From the NCBI GenBank assembly GCA_019310385.1, contig JAFDEK010000004.1, forward strand, positions 476-64,475: a stretch of DNA of 64,000 nt. Reading direction: 5' to 3'. The stretch is from Deltaproteobacteria bacterium (GTDB lineage Bacteria > Myxococcota_A > UBA9160 > UBA4427). The stretch's first letter is position 1. The number at the start of each line of letters is the position of its first letter. A program made the position numbers and the translations under genes. A model generated the notes under the pieces. It did no database searches and was not told the origin of the DNA. It saw only the letters and a list, made by a program, of their open reading frames with translations. Below are positions 43,296 through 51,784 of the stretch, piece by piece.

Positions 43296-45326
43296 ATGTA
43301 TACCGCGTTTTACGGGCTTCGCGAGAAGCCTTTCTCCCTGAGCCCCGACCCCCGTTTTCTGTACCTCGCGGACTCTCACCGTGAGGCGCTCGCGCATCTC
43401 TTGTACGGAATCGACCAGGGCGAAGGCTTCATGGCGATCACCGGTGAGGTGGGGACCGGGAAGACCACCATCTGCCGCACCCTGCTCGAGCGGCTCGGGT
43501 CCGGGACCGAGGTCGCCTTTCTCTTCAACCCCAGCCGCTCGGCCGCGGAGCTGCTGCAGTCCATCGCGGTCGAGTTCGGACTCAGTGGCGGCGGTCAGAG
43601 CCGCCACGAGCTCAACGATCAGCTGAATCGCTTCCTGCTCCGCAAGCGGAGCGAAGGCAACAAGGTGTTGCTGATCGTCGACGAGGCGCAGAACCTCGGG
43701 TCCGACACCCTCGAGGAGATCCGGCTGCTCTCCAATCTCGAGACCTCGACCTCGAAGTTGATCCAGATTCTGCTCCTCGGACAGCCGGAGCTCGACCGCA
43801 AGCTGGACTCGGACGAGCTGCGGCAGCTGCGCCAGCGCATCAGCGTGCGCTGGAACCTCGCTCCCCTGTCGCGGCGGGAGACCGCCGATTACGTGCGTCA
43901 CCGCTTGAAGGTGGCGGCCGGCGCCGAGCGCGAGATCTTCGACGCCGGCGCCCTCGAGGAGATCCACCGGCGCAGCCGGGGCATCCCGCGGCTCGTCAAC
44001 GTCTTGTGTGACCGCAGCTTGCTCGCCGGCTATGCGGACGGAGTACACGGAATCGGGGCGAAGCTCGTGAAGCGGGCCGCGCGGGAGATCCCCGACACGA
44101 CATCGCGTCAGCGCGCACGATCGCCGCGCACTGCTTCGAGGCGCCGGGCCGGCCTCGCGGCCGGGGTCGTCGCGGCTGCGCTGCTGGCGGGCTTCATCGT
44201 CGGCGAGCGAGCGGGGCTCTTGAGCGAGGCGGCGGTATGGAGCCACGAGACCGTGGGCGAGAGCCGCTTCATGGGCATGCTGACGCGCTCCGGTGCGCAA
44301 AGCGACGAGCCCGTCGACCCGGGCGCGCCTGGTGAGCAACAGGGAATGGGCGGCCCGGGGATGGGCGGCCCGGATGTGCGACTACTCGAGGCGGTCGATG
44401 CCGCGGCGGTCCACGTGCCGGTCTCGTCGCCTCCTCCCCTGCAGGCCGCGCTGCAGCCGGATTCCATACCCTCGGTTCAGGAGGCCGTGGGCAGTCGGGG
44501 TGAGCGGCTGCTCAACACCCAGCCCGGGAGCTTCCTCGGGCGGATGCTGGACGCTCAGGGTGTCGCGTCGGCGCGCCTCCATGCCGTGAACGCGATTCTC
44601 GACTCCTACGGGCTCGAGGGCATCGACTCTGCGCCGGAATCCGACGAGGAGGCGCTGGCGATCTTCAGCGATCGCGGCTTCGGCCTGCTGACTCTGACCA
44701 CGCCCGACCTCGCCGCCCTCCGCGCCCTCGATCACCCCGCTCTTCTCGTGCTGCGCAGCGAGCTCGACGATTGGCGCCTCGTGGCTCTGCGCGGCCTGGA
44801 CGCGGACCTGGGGCTCATCGTCGGAGCCAACGGAGAGAACGAGCTGCGCGTGCCGGTGAGCGAGCTCGAGCTGCAGTGGGAGGGAGAGGCCTGGGTGGTG
44901 TGGGATGCCGTAGAAGGCCTTCCCGGGATGCTGACCCTGGGTGACGAGGGCGGCGGCGTGGCGTGGCTGCAGGGCGCCCTGACGGAGCTCGGTTACTACC
45001 CCGGCGAGGCTTCGGGCTTCTTCGATGGTTCGACCCGTGCCGGCGTGATGGCGCTGCAGCTGGATCGCGGCCTCACGCCGGATGGAGTCGTCGGGCCCCG
45101 CACCCAGATGGTCATCTACGCACTCATCGATCGCTACGGAGTGCCGCGCCTGACGATCGCGAGCGAGGATACGCTTGGCACCCTGTCGGGTGCCGGCGAG
45201 GATACGCTGGGCGATATCCGCGAGGACAGGCCGATCACCCTTCCGGCTGTCGGCGCGGATCTCGAGAGCGATTTCGAGGGCTCGGAGGCGGAGCCTCCCC
45301 TCTCGGCGGAGGATGGATCGCGATGA
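43296..45326 (+). CDS. gspA: GspA/ExeA-like AAA ATPase with TM segment and C-terminal peptidoglycan-binding domain
   Basis: MYTAFYGLREKPF, Walker A ITGEVGTGKTT, Walker B LLIVDEAQNL. PG_binding_1-like LQGALTELGYYPGEASGFFDGSTRAGVMALQLDRGLTPDGVVGPRT. Confidence 0.85.
   Translation: MYTAFYGLREKPFSLSPDPRFLYLADSHREALAHLLYGIDQGEGFMAITGEVGTGKTTICRTLLERLGSGTEVAFLFNPSRSAAELLQSIAVEFGLSGGGQSRHELNDQLNRFLLRKRSEGNKVLLIVDEAQNLGSDTLEEIRLLSNLETSTSKLIQILLLGQPELDRKLDSDELRQLRQRISVRWNLAPLSRRETADYVRHRLKVAAGAEREIFDAGALEEIHRRSRGIPRLVNVLCDRSLLAGYADGVHGIGAKLVKRAAREIPDTTSRQRARSPRTASRRRAGLAAGVVAAALLAGFIVGERAGLLSEAAVWSHETVGESRFMGMLTRSGAQSDEPVDPGAPGEQQGMGGPGMGGPDVRLLEAVDAAAVHVPVSSPPPLQAALQPDSIPSVQEAVGSRGERLLNTQPGSFLGRMLDAQGVASARLHAVNAILDSYGLEGIDSAPESDEEALAIFSDRGFGLLTLTTPDLAALRALDHPALLVLRSELDDWRLVALRGLDADLGLIVGANGENELRVPVSELELQWEGEAWVVWDAVEGLPGMLTLGDEGGGVAWLQGALTELGYYPGEASGFFDGSTRAGVMALQLDRGLTPDGVVGPRTQMVIYALIDRYGVPRLTIASEDTLGTLSGAGEDTLGDIREDRPITLPAVGADLESDFEGSEAEPPLSAEDGSR
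45163..45207 (-). repeat. hairpin-repeat array E (2 cores, 33-bp unit, reverse orientation) inside the gspA 3' coding region
   Basis: Read on the minus strand: GCGTATCCTCGCC-GGCACCC-GACA-GGGTGCC-AA-GCGTATCCTCGCT. On the plus strand it is in frame and encodes EDTLGTLSGAGEDTLG. Confidence 0.85.
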
Positions 45327-46237
45327 GCACCATCCTCAAGGCCCTTCGCCGCCTCGAAGACGACGAGGCCAGCCAGCGGGAGGAGCAGCGGACAGAGCTG
45401 CGCGAGCATCTGGTGAGCGATCCCCCGGCCGCGCAGCCGCGGCGTGTGCGCACCCTGGCGTGGCTGCTCGCGATCCCCGCGGCCGGGCTCATGGGGGCTC
45501 TGGTGGCCTCTCTGCTGCTTCCGGTGTTGCTGGGTCGCGATCTTCCGGACGCCTCTCCGGCGCCCGGTGCGGATGTGGCCTCGGTGTCGCCGGAACCCAC
45601 GCAGGGGGTCGACACCGCTTCGCCAGAGCCTGCAGCGTCCGCGCCACAACCCGCGCCACAGCCCACGCCGAGCGAAGGCGTCTCCCCTGCGGCGCTCGCG
45701 GCGACCGGCAGGGCCGACCCGCCCGGCTCCGCCGCGGTCGAGCGCGAACCCGCGACCTCGCTCGCCAGTGTCACGAGCGTCACGCTGCCCCAGCCCGCAA
45801 GGGCTGCAAGCGTATCCTCGCCAGAGCCCGCAAGGGCTGCAAGCGTATCCTCGCCAGAGCCCGCAAGGGCTGCAAGCGTATCCTCGCCAACGTCCGAGCC
45901 CACGGAGCTGCCGCCGGTGGCGGCCGCGTCACGCCCATCGACGCAGACGCGCGAGCGAGTCGTGCCACCCCTCGAGATCGAGATCAGCGACGACGTCGCG
46001 GTCATCGAACGCAATCCCGTGCCCGCGGTGCTGGTGACCCAGACCATCTGGCATCCCCGGGCCGAGCGGCGGGTTGCGGTGATCGAGCGTCTCGACGTGT
46101 CGGAGGGCTCGCAGCCTCTGCGCATGCGCGAGGGAGACCGGGTGGGCTCCCTGCAGCTCGTCTCCATCGAGCCCACCGGAGTGGTCTTCGTCCACAACGG
46201 CAGCGAGCTGCGTCGCCGCGTCGGCGATCGGCCCTGA
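45323..46237 (+). CDS. gspB: GspB/ExeB-like protein
   Basis: The ATG overlaps the gspA stop (ATGA). N-terminal MSTILKALRRLEDDE is like the GspB MSYILDALRK motif. One TM segment, a Pro/Ala-rich linker, and a C-terminal ...LRMREGDRVGSLQLVSIEPTGVVF... domain. Confidence 0.65.
   Translation: MSTILKALRRLEDDEASQREEQRTELREHLVSDPPAAQPRRVRTLAWLLAIPAAGLMGALVASLLLPVLLGRDLPDASPAPGADVASVSPEPTQGVDTASPEPAASAPQPAPQPTPSEGVSPAALAATGRADPPGSAAVEREPATSLASVTSVTLPQPARAASVSSPEPARAASVSSPEPARAASVSSPTSEPTELPPVAAASRPSTQTRERVVPPLEIEISDDVAVIERNPVPAVLVTQTIWHPRAERRVAVIERLDVSEGSQPLRMREGDRVGSLQLVSIEPTGVVFVHNGSELRRRVGDRP
45791..45888 (+). repeat. hairpin-repeat array C (3 units of 33 bp; AGCCC-GCAA-GGGCT) in frame inside gspB
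   Basis: Cores at 45810, 45843 and 45876. The array encodes (PARAASVSSPE)x3 in the linker. Confidence 0.9.
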
Positions 46238-46255
46238 TCCGGGTCGTAACGCGAT

Positions 46256-47161
46256 TCAGCGGACGGAGACGGTTCCGTTCGACGTTCGTAGCTTGATGGG
46301 CGGACCGCCGCGGCCGAGCCTGCCACGGACGTGACCGCCGGAGGCGACGTTCTCGCCGCTGAGCTCGCGGCTGTTCCGGATGACGCCGTTCTCGACCCGG
46401 ATGTCGACGTCGCCGTTTGCCTCTTCGGGCAGCTCGAGGATGATGCGGCCGTTGCTGGTCGCCAGCCGCACGCCCTCGCGTGAGATTTCCTTGAGCGCTG
46501 CTCGAATCATCCCGTTGGACGTCGAGGCATCGACGGAGCCGCAGTGGTCGCCCAGCTCGATCTTGCCGTTGCTCGAGCGGGCGACGAGACGGCCGCAGGT
46601 ATTGCTGCAGCGCACCTTGGCGTTGGCGGTGATGACCTGGACGTCGCCGATGACGTCACGCACGCTCACCGAGCCGTTGCTGGAGCGCGCCCGGACCGTG
46701 CCGCGAATCCCCTCCAGACACATGCGCCCGTTCGCTGAGGTGACCTCGACCCGCATGTCGGTGGGGATGCGGATGCTGAGGTTCACTCTCCCGTGCCGGT
46801 TCCACTTCTTGGGAATATCGACATCGAGCTCGAGATGGTCGCCGCTCCATCGGTTGTGGAGCTTCATCTCGTCGATCATGCTCTGGGCGGCCGCCTTCGA
46901 CTCGGCGCGGGACGACTTGTGGGCGCGGATCTCGATGTTCTCGCGCTCCTCCCCGACGATATTGCTGCGACCATTGGCGTTGTGGATGAGGACCGCGGCG
47001 CCGCGAGGAACGGGCAGCTCGAGAAGCTCCTCTTCCTCGGCGGACTCGCTCCAGGGGATGCCCGCCATGAGGCTGCGCAGCAGACCGCCCAGGCGCCCGG
47101 TGTTGCGGGTGCTTCGGTCTTCGTCCTCTTCACCGAACAGGCCCAGGGTCAAGCCCTCCAC
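46256..47161 (-). CDS. DUF4097-type beta-strand repeat protein (putative adhesin fold)
   Basis: It has repeated ...SSNGSVSV.., ..SSNGKIEL.., ..TSNGMIRA.., ..TSNGRIIL.., ..TSNGTVSV.. strands. The start is uncertain: the ORF opens at 47308 but overlaps the rhomboid gene by 53 nt, so GTG 47161 is used here. Confidence 0.65.
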   Translation of the reverse strand: MEGLTLGLFGEEDEDRSTRNTGRLGGLLRSLMAGIPWSESAEEEELLELPVPRGAAVLIHNANGRSNIVGEERENIEIRAHKSSRAESKAAAQSMIDEMKLHNRWSGDHLELDVDIPKKWNRHGRVNLSIRIPTDMRVEVTSANGRMCLEGIRGTVRARSSNGSVSVRDVIGDVQVITANAKVRCSNTCGRLVARSSNGKIELGDHCGSVDASTSNGMIRAALKEISREGVRLATSNGRIILELPEEANGDVDIRVENGVIRNSRELSGENVASGGHVRGRLGRGGPPIKLRTSNGTVSVR

Positions 47162-47255
47162 CGACGCCGCGTGGATCTGCGGGCGTCGTTCCTGCGTGCA
47201 TCGGGCGGCAAGTGGTTCGGCATCACGATCGCACCGTCCGCGAAGGCGGTCGTGC

Positions 47256-48014
47256 TCAGTGGAACCGGCGGTCGTTGTCGCGTTTCTGTCGTTCGCGGCG
47301 CTCTTCATCGTGCACCGCGCGCAACTTCTGACGCATCTGGTGGCGCTTCCACTTCAGCTTGAGGCTCTCGATGGTCGGGGCGCCGGGCGTCCGCCCTTCC
47401 CGCACGAGATAGATCCAGCCCACCACGACGCCGCCGAGGTGTCCGAGGTGGCTGACGTTGTTCGGCCCCGAGCTCAGCTCCATGAAGAGAAGGAAGGGAA
47501 TGAGCCAGATCGCCTTCAGGGGAATCGGCGGGAAGAGGAGCTGGATGGTGCGGTTGGGCCAGGTGAACGAGTAGGCGAGCAGTACGCCCATCACTGCACC
47601 GGAGGCGCCCAGGGTCGGGACCCCGAGATGCGGATGGTAGCTCGATCCCATGATGTAGGGCAGGAAGGGAAGCGTGGCGATCAGGACCCCGGCGCCGACT
47701 CCGCAGACGAGGTAGAAGCGCAGGAAGCGCTGCTCGCCCCAGGCGAGGGCCAGTGTGGAGCCGAACATCCAGAGCGCGAACATGTTGAAGATGATGTGGA
47801 GCGGCGAGCTCGGGCTGTGGAGCCACATGTAGGTGAAGGGGCGCCAGAGCTCGAAGCCCAACCACACTCGCTCGGGCGAAACCACGCCGTAGTTGGTCAC
47901 CGCGCCGGACACCTGCTGCCCCAGAAAGACAACGATATTGGCGATGATGATGCTCTTGATGACCTGGGGCGTAACGGGCGGACCGAAGCCGATCTGGTTG
48001 CCACGACCGTTCAC
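47256..48014 (-). CDS. rhomboid family intramembrane serine protease
   Basis: WRPFTYMWLH, catalytic GASGAVMGV, HLGHLGG. Confidence 0.9.
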   Translation of the reverse strand: MNGRGNQIGFGPPVTPQVIKSIIIANIVVFLGQQVSGAVTNYGVVSPERVWLGFELWRPFTYMWLHSPSSPLHIIFNMFALWMFGSTLALAWGEQRFLRFYLVCGVGAGVLIATLPFLPYIMGSSYHPHLGVPTLGASGAVMGVLLAYSFTWPNRTIQLLFPPIPLKAIWLIPFLLFMELSSGPNNVSHLGHLGGVVVGWIYLVREGRTPGAPTIESLKLKWKRHQMRQKLRAVHDEERRERQKRDNDRRFH

Positions 48015-48081
48015 GATGTGAGACTCCTCGGGGCGCTGATTCTACTCTTGCCTGCGGCGCACGGCGGCCCCGCGATCAAAA

Positions 48082-48110
48082 AAGCTAGGGATCTTCGATA
48101 CTTCAGTCAA
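48082..48110 (-). promoter_or_regulatory. sigma-70-like promoter for the rhomboid operon (TTGACT-17 nt-TAGCTT on the minus strand)
   Basis: The -35 is at 48110-48105 and the -10 at 48087-48082, with 17-nt spacing. It sits in an AT-rich patch about 70 nt upstream of the start at 48014. Confidence 0.35.
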
Positions 48111-48147
48111 CTTTGCCGGCCCCGCCTGGCGACATCCGGCTCATCGA

Positions 48148-48669
48148 TCACCCCAGGCGCCCCGCACGGCGCGCGGCGTGGAGCAGGGCCAGGCAGCTCT
48201 TGGCGTCGTCGATGGCTCCCGACCAGACCCACTCGAGGGCCTGGTCGAGGGGCGTGGGGACGATTTCGATCACCTCGTCGTCATCGGGTCGCCGGGGGAC
48301 CGGGCTGAGGTCGTAGGCGGCGAAGAGGTGGATGCGTTCGTCGGTGAAGCCCGGCGTAGTGAGAATGGAGCCGAGGGTCTCGATGCGGCCGGCCCGCTGC
48401 CCGGCCTCCTCCTCGAGCTCCCGCGCGGCACACAGTGCAGGCTCTTCGCCGCCCTCGAGCTTGCCCGCCGGCACCTCGTAGATTTCGCCGCCGACCGCAT
48501 AGCGGTATTGCCGGATCAGCAGCACCTCGTCGTCGCTGAGGAAGGGCACCACCGCCGAGGCGCCCGGGTGGCGGATCACGTCGAGGGTGGCGCGGTGGCC
48601 GTTGGGGAGGTCGACCTCCTCGGTCACCACCTCGATGAACGCGCCTCGGTAGATCTGCCGCTCTGCCAT
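48148..48669 (-). CDS. NUDIX hydrolase (ADP-ribose pyrophosphatase-like)
   Basis: An internal ATG at 48669 gives MAERQIYRG... Nudix box GKLEGGEEPALCAARELEEEAG. The longer ORF to 48906 is read through the repeat array. Confidence 0.9.
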   Translation of the reverse strand: MAERQIYRGAFIEVVTEEVDLPNGHRATLDVIRHPGASAVVPFLSDDEVLLIRQYRYAVGGEIYEVPAGKLEGGEEPALCAARELEEEAGQRAGRIETLGSILTTPGFTDERIHLFAAYDLSPVPRRPDDDEVIEIVPTPLDQALEWVWSGAIDDAKSCLALLHAARRAGRLG

Positions 48670-48720
48670 CCGGGGCTCCTGTCGGGCTCGGGGAGCGAGC
48701 AGGGTAGCCGTGGCCGGGCC

Positions 48721-48868
48721 GAGGCGGCAATCTTGGGGCCACACCCCTCGCCGGAGCCCGCGAGGGCTCGAAGAGCGTATCTTCGCCGGAGCCCGCGAGG
48801 GCTCGAAGAGCGTATCTTCGCCGGAGCCCGCGAGGGCTCGAAGAGCGTATCCTCGCCGGAGCCCGCCA
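48721..48868 (+). repeat. hairpin-repeat array D (degenerate unit + 3 units of 35 bp; GAGCCC-GCGA-GGGCTC)
   Basis: Cores at 48775, 48810 (both GCGTATCTTCGCC) and 48845. It lies between the divergent NUDIX (start 48669, minus) and hydrolase (ATG 48872, plus). Confidence 0.9.
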
Positions 48869-48871
48869 GAG

Positions 48872-49519
48872 ATGCCCGCAATGAAGCTCGAGCGCCCCGC
48901 CACCATCGCCCTGCCCGAAGGGGGCCGCGCTACCGGCTTGGCGCTGGAGGGCCTCTACCGGCCTGCCCATGACACGGATCGCGGCGGCGCCGTGATCGCT
49001 CCTCCCCATCCCCTCTATGGCGGCAGCATGGAGTCGCCGGTGGTGGGCGAGATGGCACACGGCTTCGAGCGCGCCGGCATCGCGACCCTGCGCTTCAACT
49101 GGCGCGGCGTGGGGGCGAGCGCAGGTGAGGTGAGCGGGGATCTCGCCGTCGGGCAGGAGGACTACCTGGCCGCGCTGGACTTTCTCGCGGACACGCTGCC
49201 GCCGCCCCTGATCGCCAGCGGCTACTCCTTCGGCGCCGCCGCGGCGCTGGCCGCGAGTGCGGGGCCCCTGGTTCGCCGTCTGGTTCTCGTCTCGCCTCCC
49301 CCGGCCCTGCTCGACCGTGATCGGCTGGCGGACTTTCACGGCAAGATCTTGATTGCCACCGGAGCGTGGGACGAGGTCGCGCCCGCCCGGGAGCTGGAGG
49401 GTCTCGAGGCACCCCATGCGGAGCTCGAGCTGCGGGTGCTCGAGGAGACGGACCATTTCTTCATGGGCGGGCCGGGGCTGCGCGAGCTCGCAGCGGCCCT
49501 CGTCGACTGGCTGGGCTGA
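48872..49519 (+). CDS. alpha/beta hydrolase (COG2945-like)
   Basis: AVIAPPHPLYGGSMESPVV and GYSFGA nucleophile elbow. The start may be ATG 48872 or 48881. Confidence 0.7.
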   Translation: MPAMKLERPATIALPEGGRATGLALEGLYRPAHDTDRGGAVIAPPHPLYGGSMESPVVGEMAHGFERAGIATLRFNWRGVGASAGEVSGDLAVGQEDYLAALDFLADTLPPPLIASGYSFGAAAALAASAGPLVRRLVLVSPPPALLDRDRLADFHGKILIATGAWDEVAPARELEGLEAPHAELELRVLEETDHFFMGGPGLRELAAALVDWLG

Positions 49520-49554
49520 TCCTCTTTGCAGCGGGGCGCCACGGGGGGAGAACC

Positions 49555-51753
49555 ATGAACTGCGGATCCCATTTTCACCGCATCGGGCCATCGATGCTGC
49601 TCATCGCCGCGTTCGGGATGGCGCTCGGCTGTGCATCGATTTCCGGTCGGGTTCCGGCCCGCGAGGAGGCTGAGCGGTCTGTCTTCTTCGCTGGCGCCCA
49701 GGCGGGGCGCAGTGAGGGTATCCTCGCCGGTGCCGGGAAGGCCGAGCTGACCCCCACTATCGGTTATCCGATGGGCGGACACTCCGCCATGGGACAGACC
49801 TCGCGCGGGCAGTTCGCCCGCCTCTACGCCCGGGCGATCTATCTCGAAGACCCCGACGGCCACGGCTTCGCCCTGGTCGCCACCGACCTGTGGTCCATGG
49901 CTTCCGGGCTCGCTGACGAGGTCGCCGAGCTGCTCTCGCAGCCTCCCTATGTCGCCCGCCTCGGCGGCCGGCGCCTCGGGCGCGAGCAGGTCCTTCTGAC
50001 CGCGACCCACACCCACCAGAGCCCGGCGCTCTTCTCGTCGGACCGCTTCTTCTCGGTCTTCGCCGCCAATGCGCCGGGTTTCGACCCGGATCTGCTGCGC
50101 TTCCTCGCAATGCGGATTGCCTGGGCGGTCACCGAGGCCGTCGAGAACGCCGAGCCCGCCCGGGTGCTCCTGGAGGAGCGGCGGGTGGGCGGCGCTTTCC
50201 GAAATCGGAGCGTCATCCCCTTCCTCGCCAATGCCGAGGCCGGGCAGGTGATGCAGGAGAGCGGGCTTGCCGAGTGCGCGCCCCACCCCCTCTACCCCGA
50301 TCCACGATCGTGTCAGGCCGTGGACAACCGCGTGCGGGTCCTGCGCGTACTGCGCGGCTCCGGGCCTGACGAGGGTGAGCTCATGGCCGCGGGGGTCTTC
50401 CTCGCGAGCCATCCCGAGACCCTGTCCCACCACCTCGACGTATACAGCAGCGACCTCTTCGGCGCCGTGGCCCTGGGCGCGGAGCGCCGCCTGCAGGCGA
50501 GTGCCCCGCAATCGCGTCCCGCTGTGGTGGCGATCTTCAACGGCGCCGAAGGCGATATTTCGGCGCTCTTCGAAGACCAGGATCGGGAAGACTTGCAGAG
50601 GATTGCAGCCCATCTCACCGGCGAAGTGCTCGACATGGCCTCGGGCGGCGGGCGTGAGGTTGGCGGCGAGATCTCATGGGCTTTCGACGCCAACGCACGC
50701 CTGGGGGGGCGCTGGCTGAAGGACGAGCTGGGAAACCACCGCATGACGGCGTGGTTGCCCATGACGGGCCGGGCCACGGCGGCGGGCGCCGAGGACGGCC
50801 CCTCGACCCTCCCCGGCTGGCTCTTCTACGAGGGGGGCCCCGGCTTCGGGCTCGGGCCCCAGGGTCGCAAGCTCGGCACCCTCGATGTCTTCGGCTGGCT
50901 GGCGCGAATCCGTCTGCCCTTGATTTCGCTCACCCGCACGGCGTTGATCGGGATCTCGCCGCCGCGAACGGTCGCTCTCGGCGTGTACCAGCTGGGGCCG
51001 CTGCGCTTTGCCACGCTGCCCGGTGAGTTCACCACCGTGATGGGTCGCCGCATCGCAGACGGGGTCGCCCAGGCTGCGGGAGTCGATCGCGCTGACGTCG
51101 TGCTCCTCGGTCTCGCCCACTCCTACGGCTACTACTTCGCGACTCCCGAGGAGTATCGATTGCAGCACTACGAAGGCTCGGGGACCTTGTTCGGCCGATT
51201 TTCGGGGGCGTTGGTCGCGAAGGACCTGACGCGGCTCGCGGGAGAGTTGCGCGACGCGCCCGCCGCCGGCAAGGAGCACCGCTACCTCTATCTCCCGTGG
51301 CTCAGCCCGCGCCTGCAATCCGACTGGGGCCCCAGGAGAATCGAGATCGAGCCGGAGCTCGAGGGACAGGACGTGCACGATGTGACGCTGCGGGTACCCG
51401 GTGACCTCGAGCTGGACTTCCTGCCCCGGGCTTGCTGGGAGGACGCCCTGCCGAGCTTTCCTGTCTCGGCCGCGCCCCCGAGCGCGGGCTCCGACGGCGT
51501 GACACCCCGGATCGCGATCCAGCAGCAGGGCAGCGCGGGCTGGCGCACCCTCGAGATCGAGCCGGGAATCCCGGAGGACGACGACTCCCTGCGCATTTTG
51601 ACCCTCGGCAGCCTCGCGCAGGGCGACGAGGAACGCACGAGCTGGTGCACCTACTGGATTCCACCGGCCCAGGTGGACCGGAGCAGGCCGCTGCGCTTCA
51701 AGATCATGAAGCTGGACGGGGATACGGTCGTTTCGGACCTCGCGCTTCCCTGA
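49555..51753 (+). CDS. neutral/alkaline ceramidase-like lipoprotein
   Basis: An internal ATG at 49555 (GGGGGGAG RBS). Lipobox MALGC. AGAGKAELTPTIGYPMGGH...LYARAIYLED...LVATDLW matches the ceramidase N-terminal domain. Confidence 0.75.
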   Translation: MNCGSHFHRIGPSMLLIAAFGMALGCASISGRVPAREEAERSVFFAGAQAGRSEGILAGAGKAELTPTIGYPMGGHSAMGQTSRGQFARLYARAIYLEDPDGHGFALVATDLWSMASGLADEVAELLSQPPYVARLGGRRLGREQVLLTATHTHQSPALFSSDRFFSVFAANAPGFDPDLLRFLAMRIAWAVTEAVENAEPARVLLEERRVGGAFRNRSVIPFLANAEAGQVMQESGLAECAPHPLYPDPRSCQAVDNRVRVLRVLRGSGPDEGELMAAGVFLASHPETLSHHLDVYSSDLFGAVALGAERRLQASAPQSRPAVVAIFNGAEGDISALFEDQDREDLQRIAAHLTGEVLDMASGGGREVGGEISWAFDANARLGGRWLKDELGNHRMTAWLPMTGRATAAGAEDGPSTLPGWLFYEGGPGFGLGPQGRKLGTLDVFGWLARIRLPLISLTRTALIGISPPRTVALGVYQLGPLRFATLPGEFTTVMGRRIADGVAQAAGVDRADVVLLGLAHSYGYYFATPEEYRLQHYEGSGTLFGRFSGALVAKDLTRLAGELRDAPAAGKEHRYLYLPWLSPRLQSDWGPRRIEIEPELEGQDVHDVTLRVPGDLELDFLPRACWEDALPSFPVSAAPPSAGSDGVTPRIAIQQQGSAGWRTLEIEPGIPEDDDSLRILTLGSLAQGDEERTSWCTYWIPPAQVDRSRPLRFKIMKLDGDTVVSDLALP

Positions 51754-51784
51754 GGCCGCCGGCTCCACCCGGACCACCTTGCGC

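Noticed and set aside
17721-48868. Whether the tandem 33/35-bp arrays are small CRISPR arrays.
   Set aside because: The units are contiguous with no unique spacers between them. Arrays have only 1.5-4 units, and there are no cas genes or leader. The unit is best described as core plus hairpin, not repeat-spacer.
49715-49745. A solitary 12/13 match to the repeat core (GGGTATCCTCGCC) inside the ceramidase-like gene.
   Set aside because: No adjacent GNRA hairpin or second unit is present. The bases encode GILAGAGKAELTP, which matches the conserved N-terminal ceramidase motif. It is likely a chance or ancestral coding match rather than an element copy.
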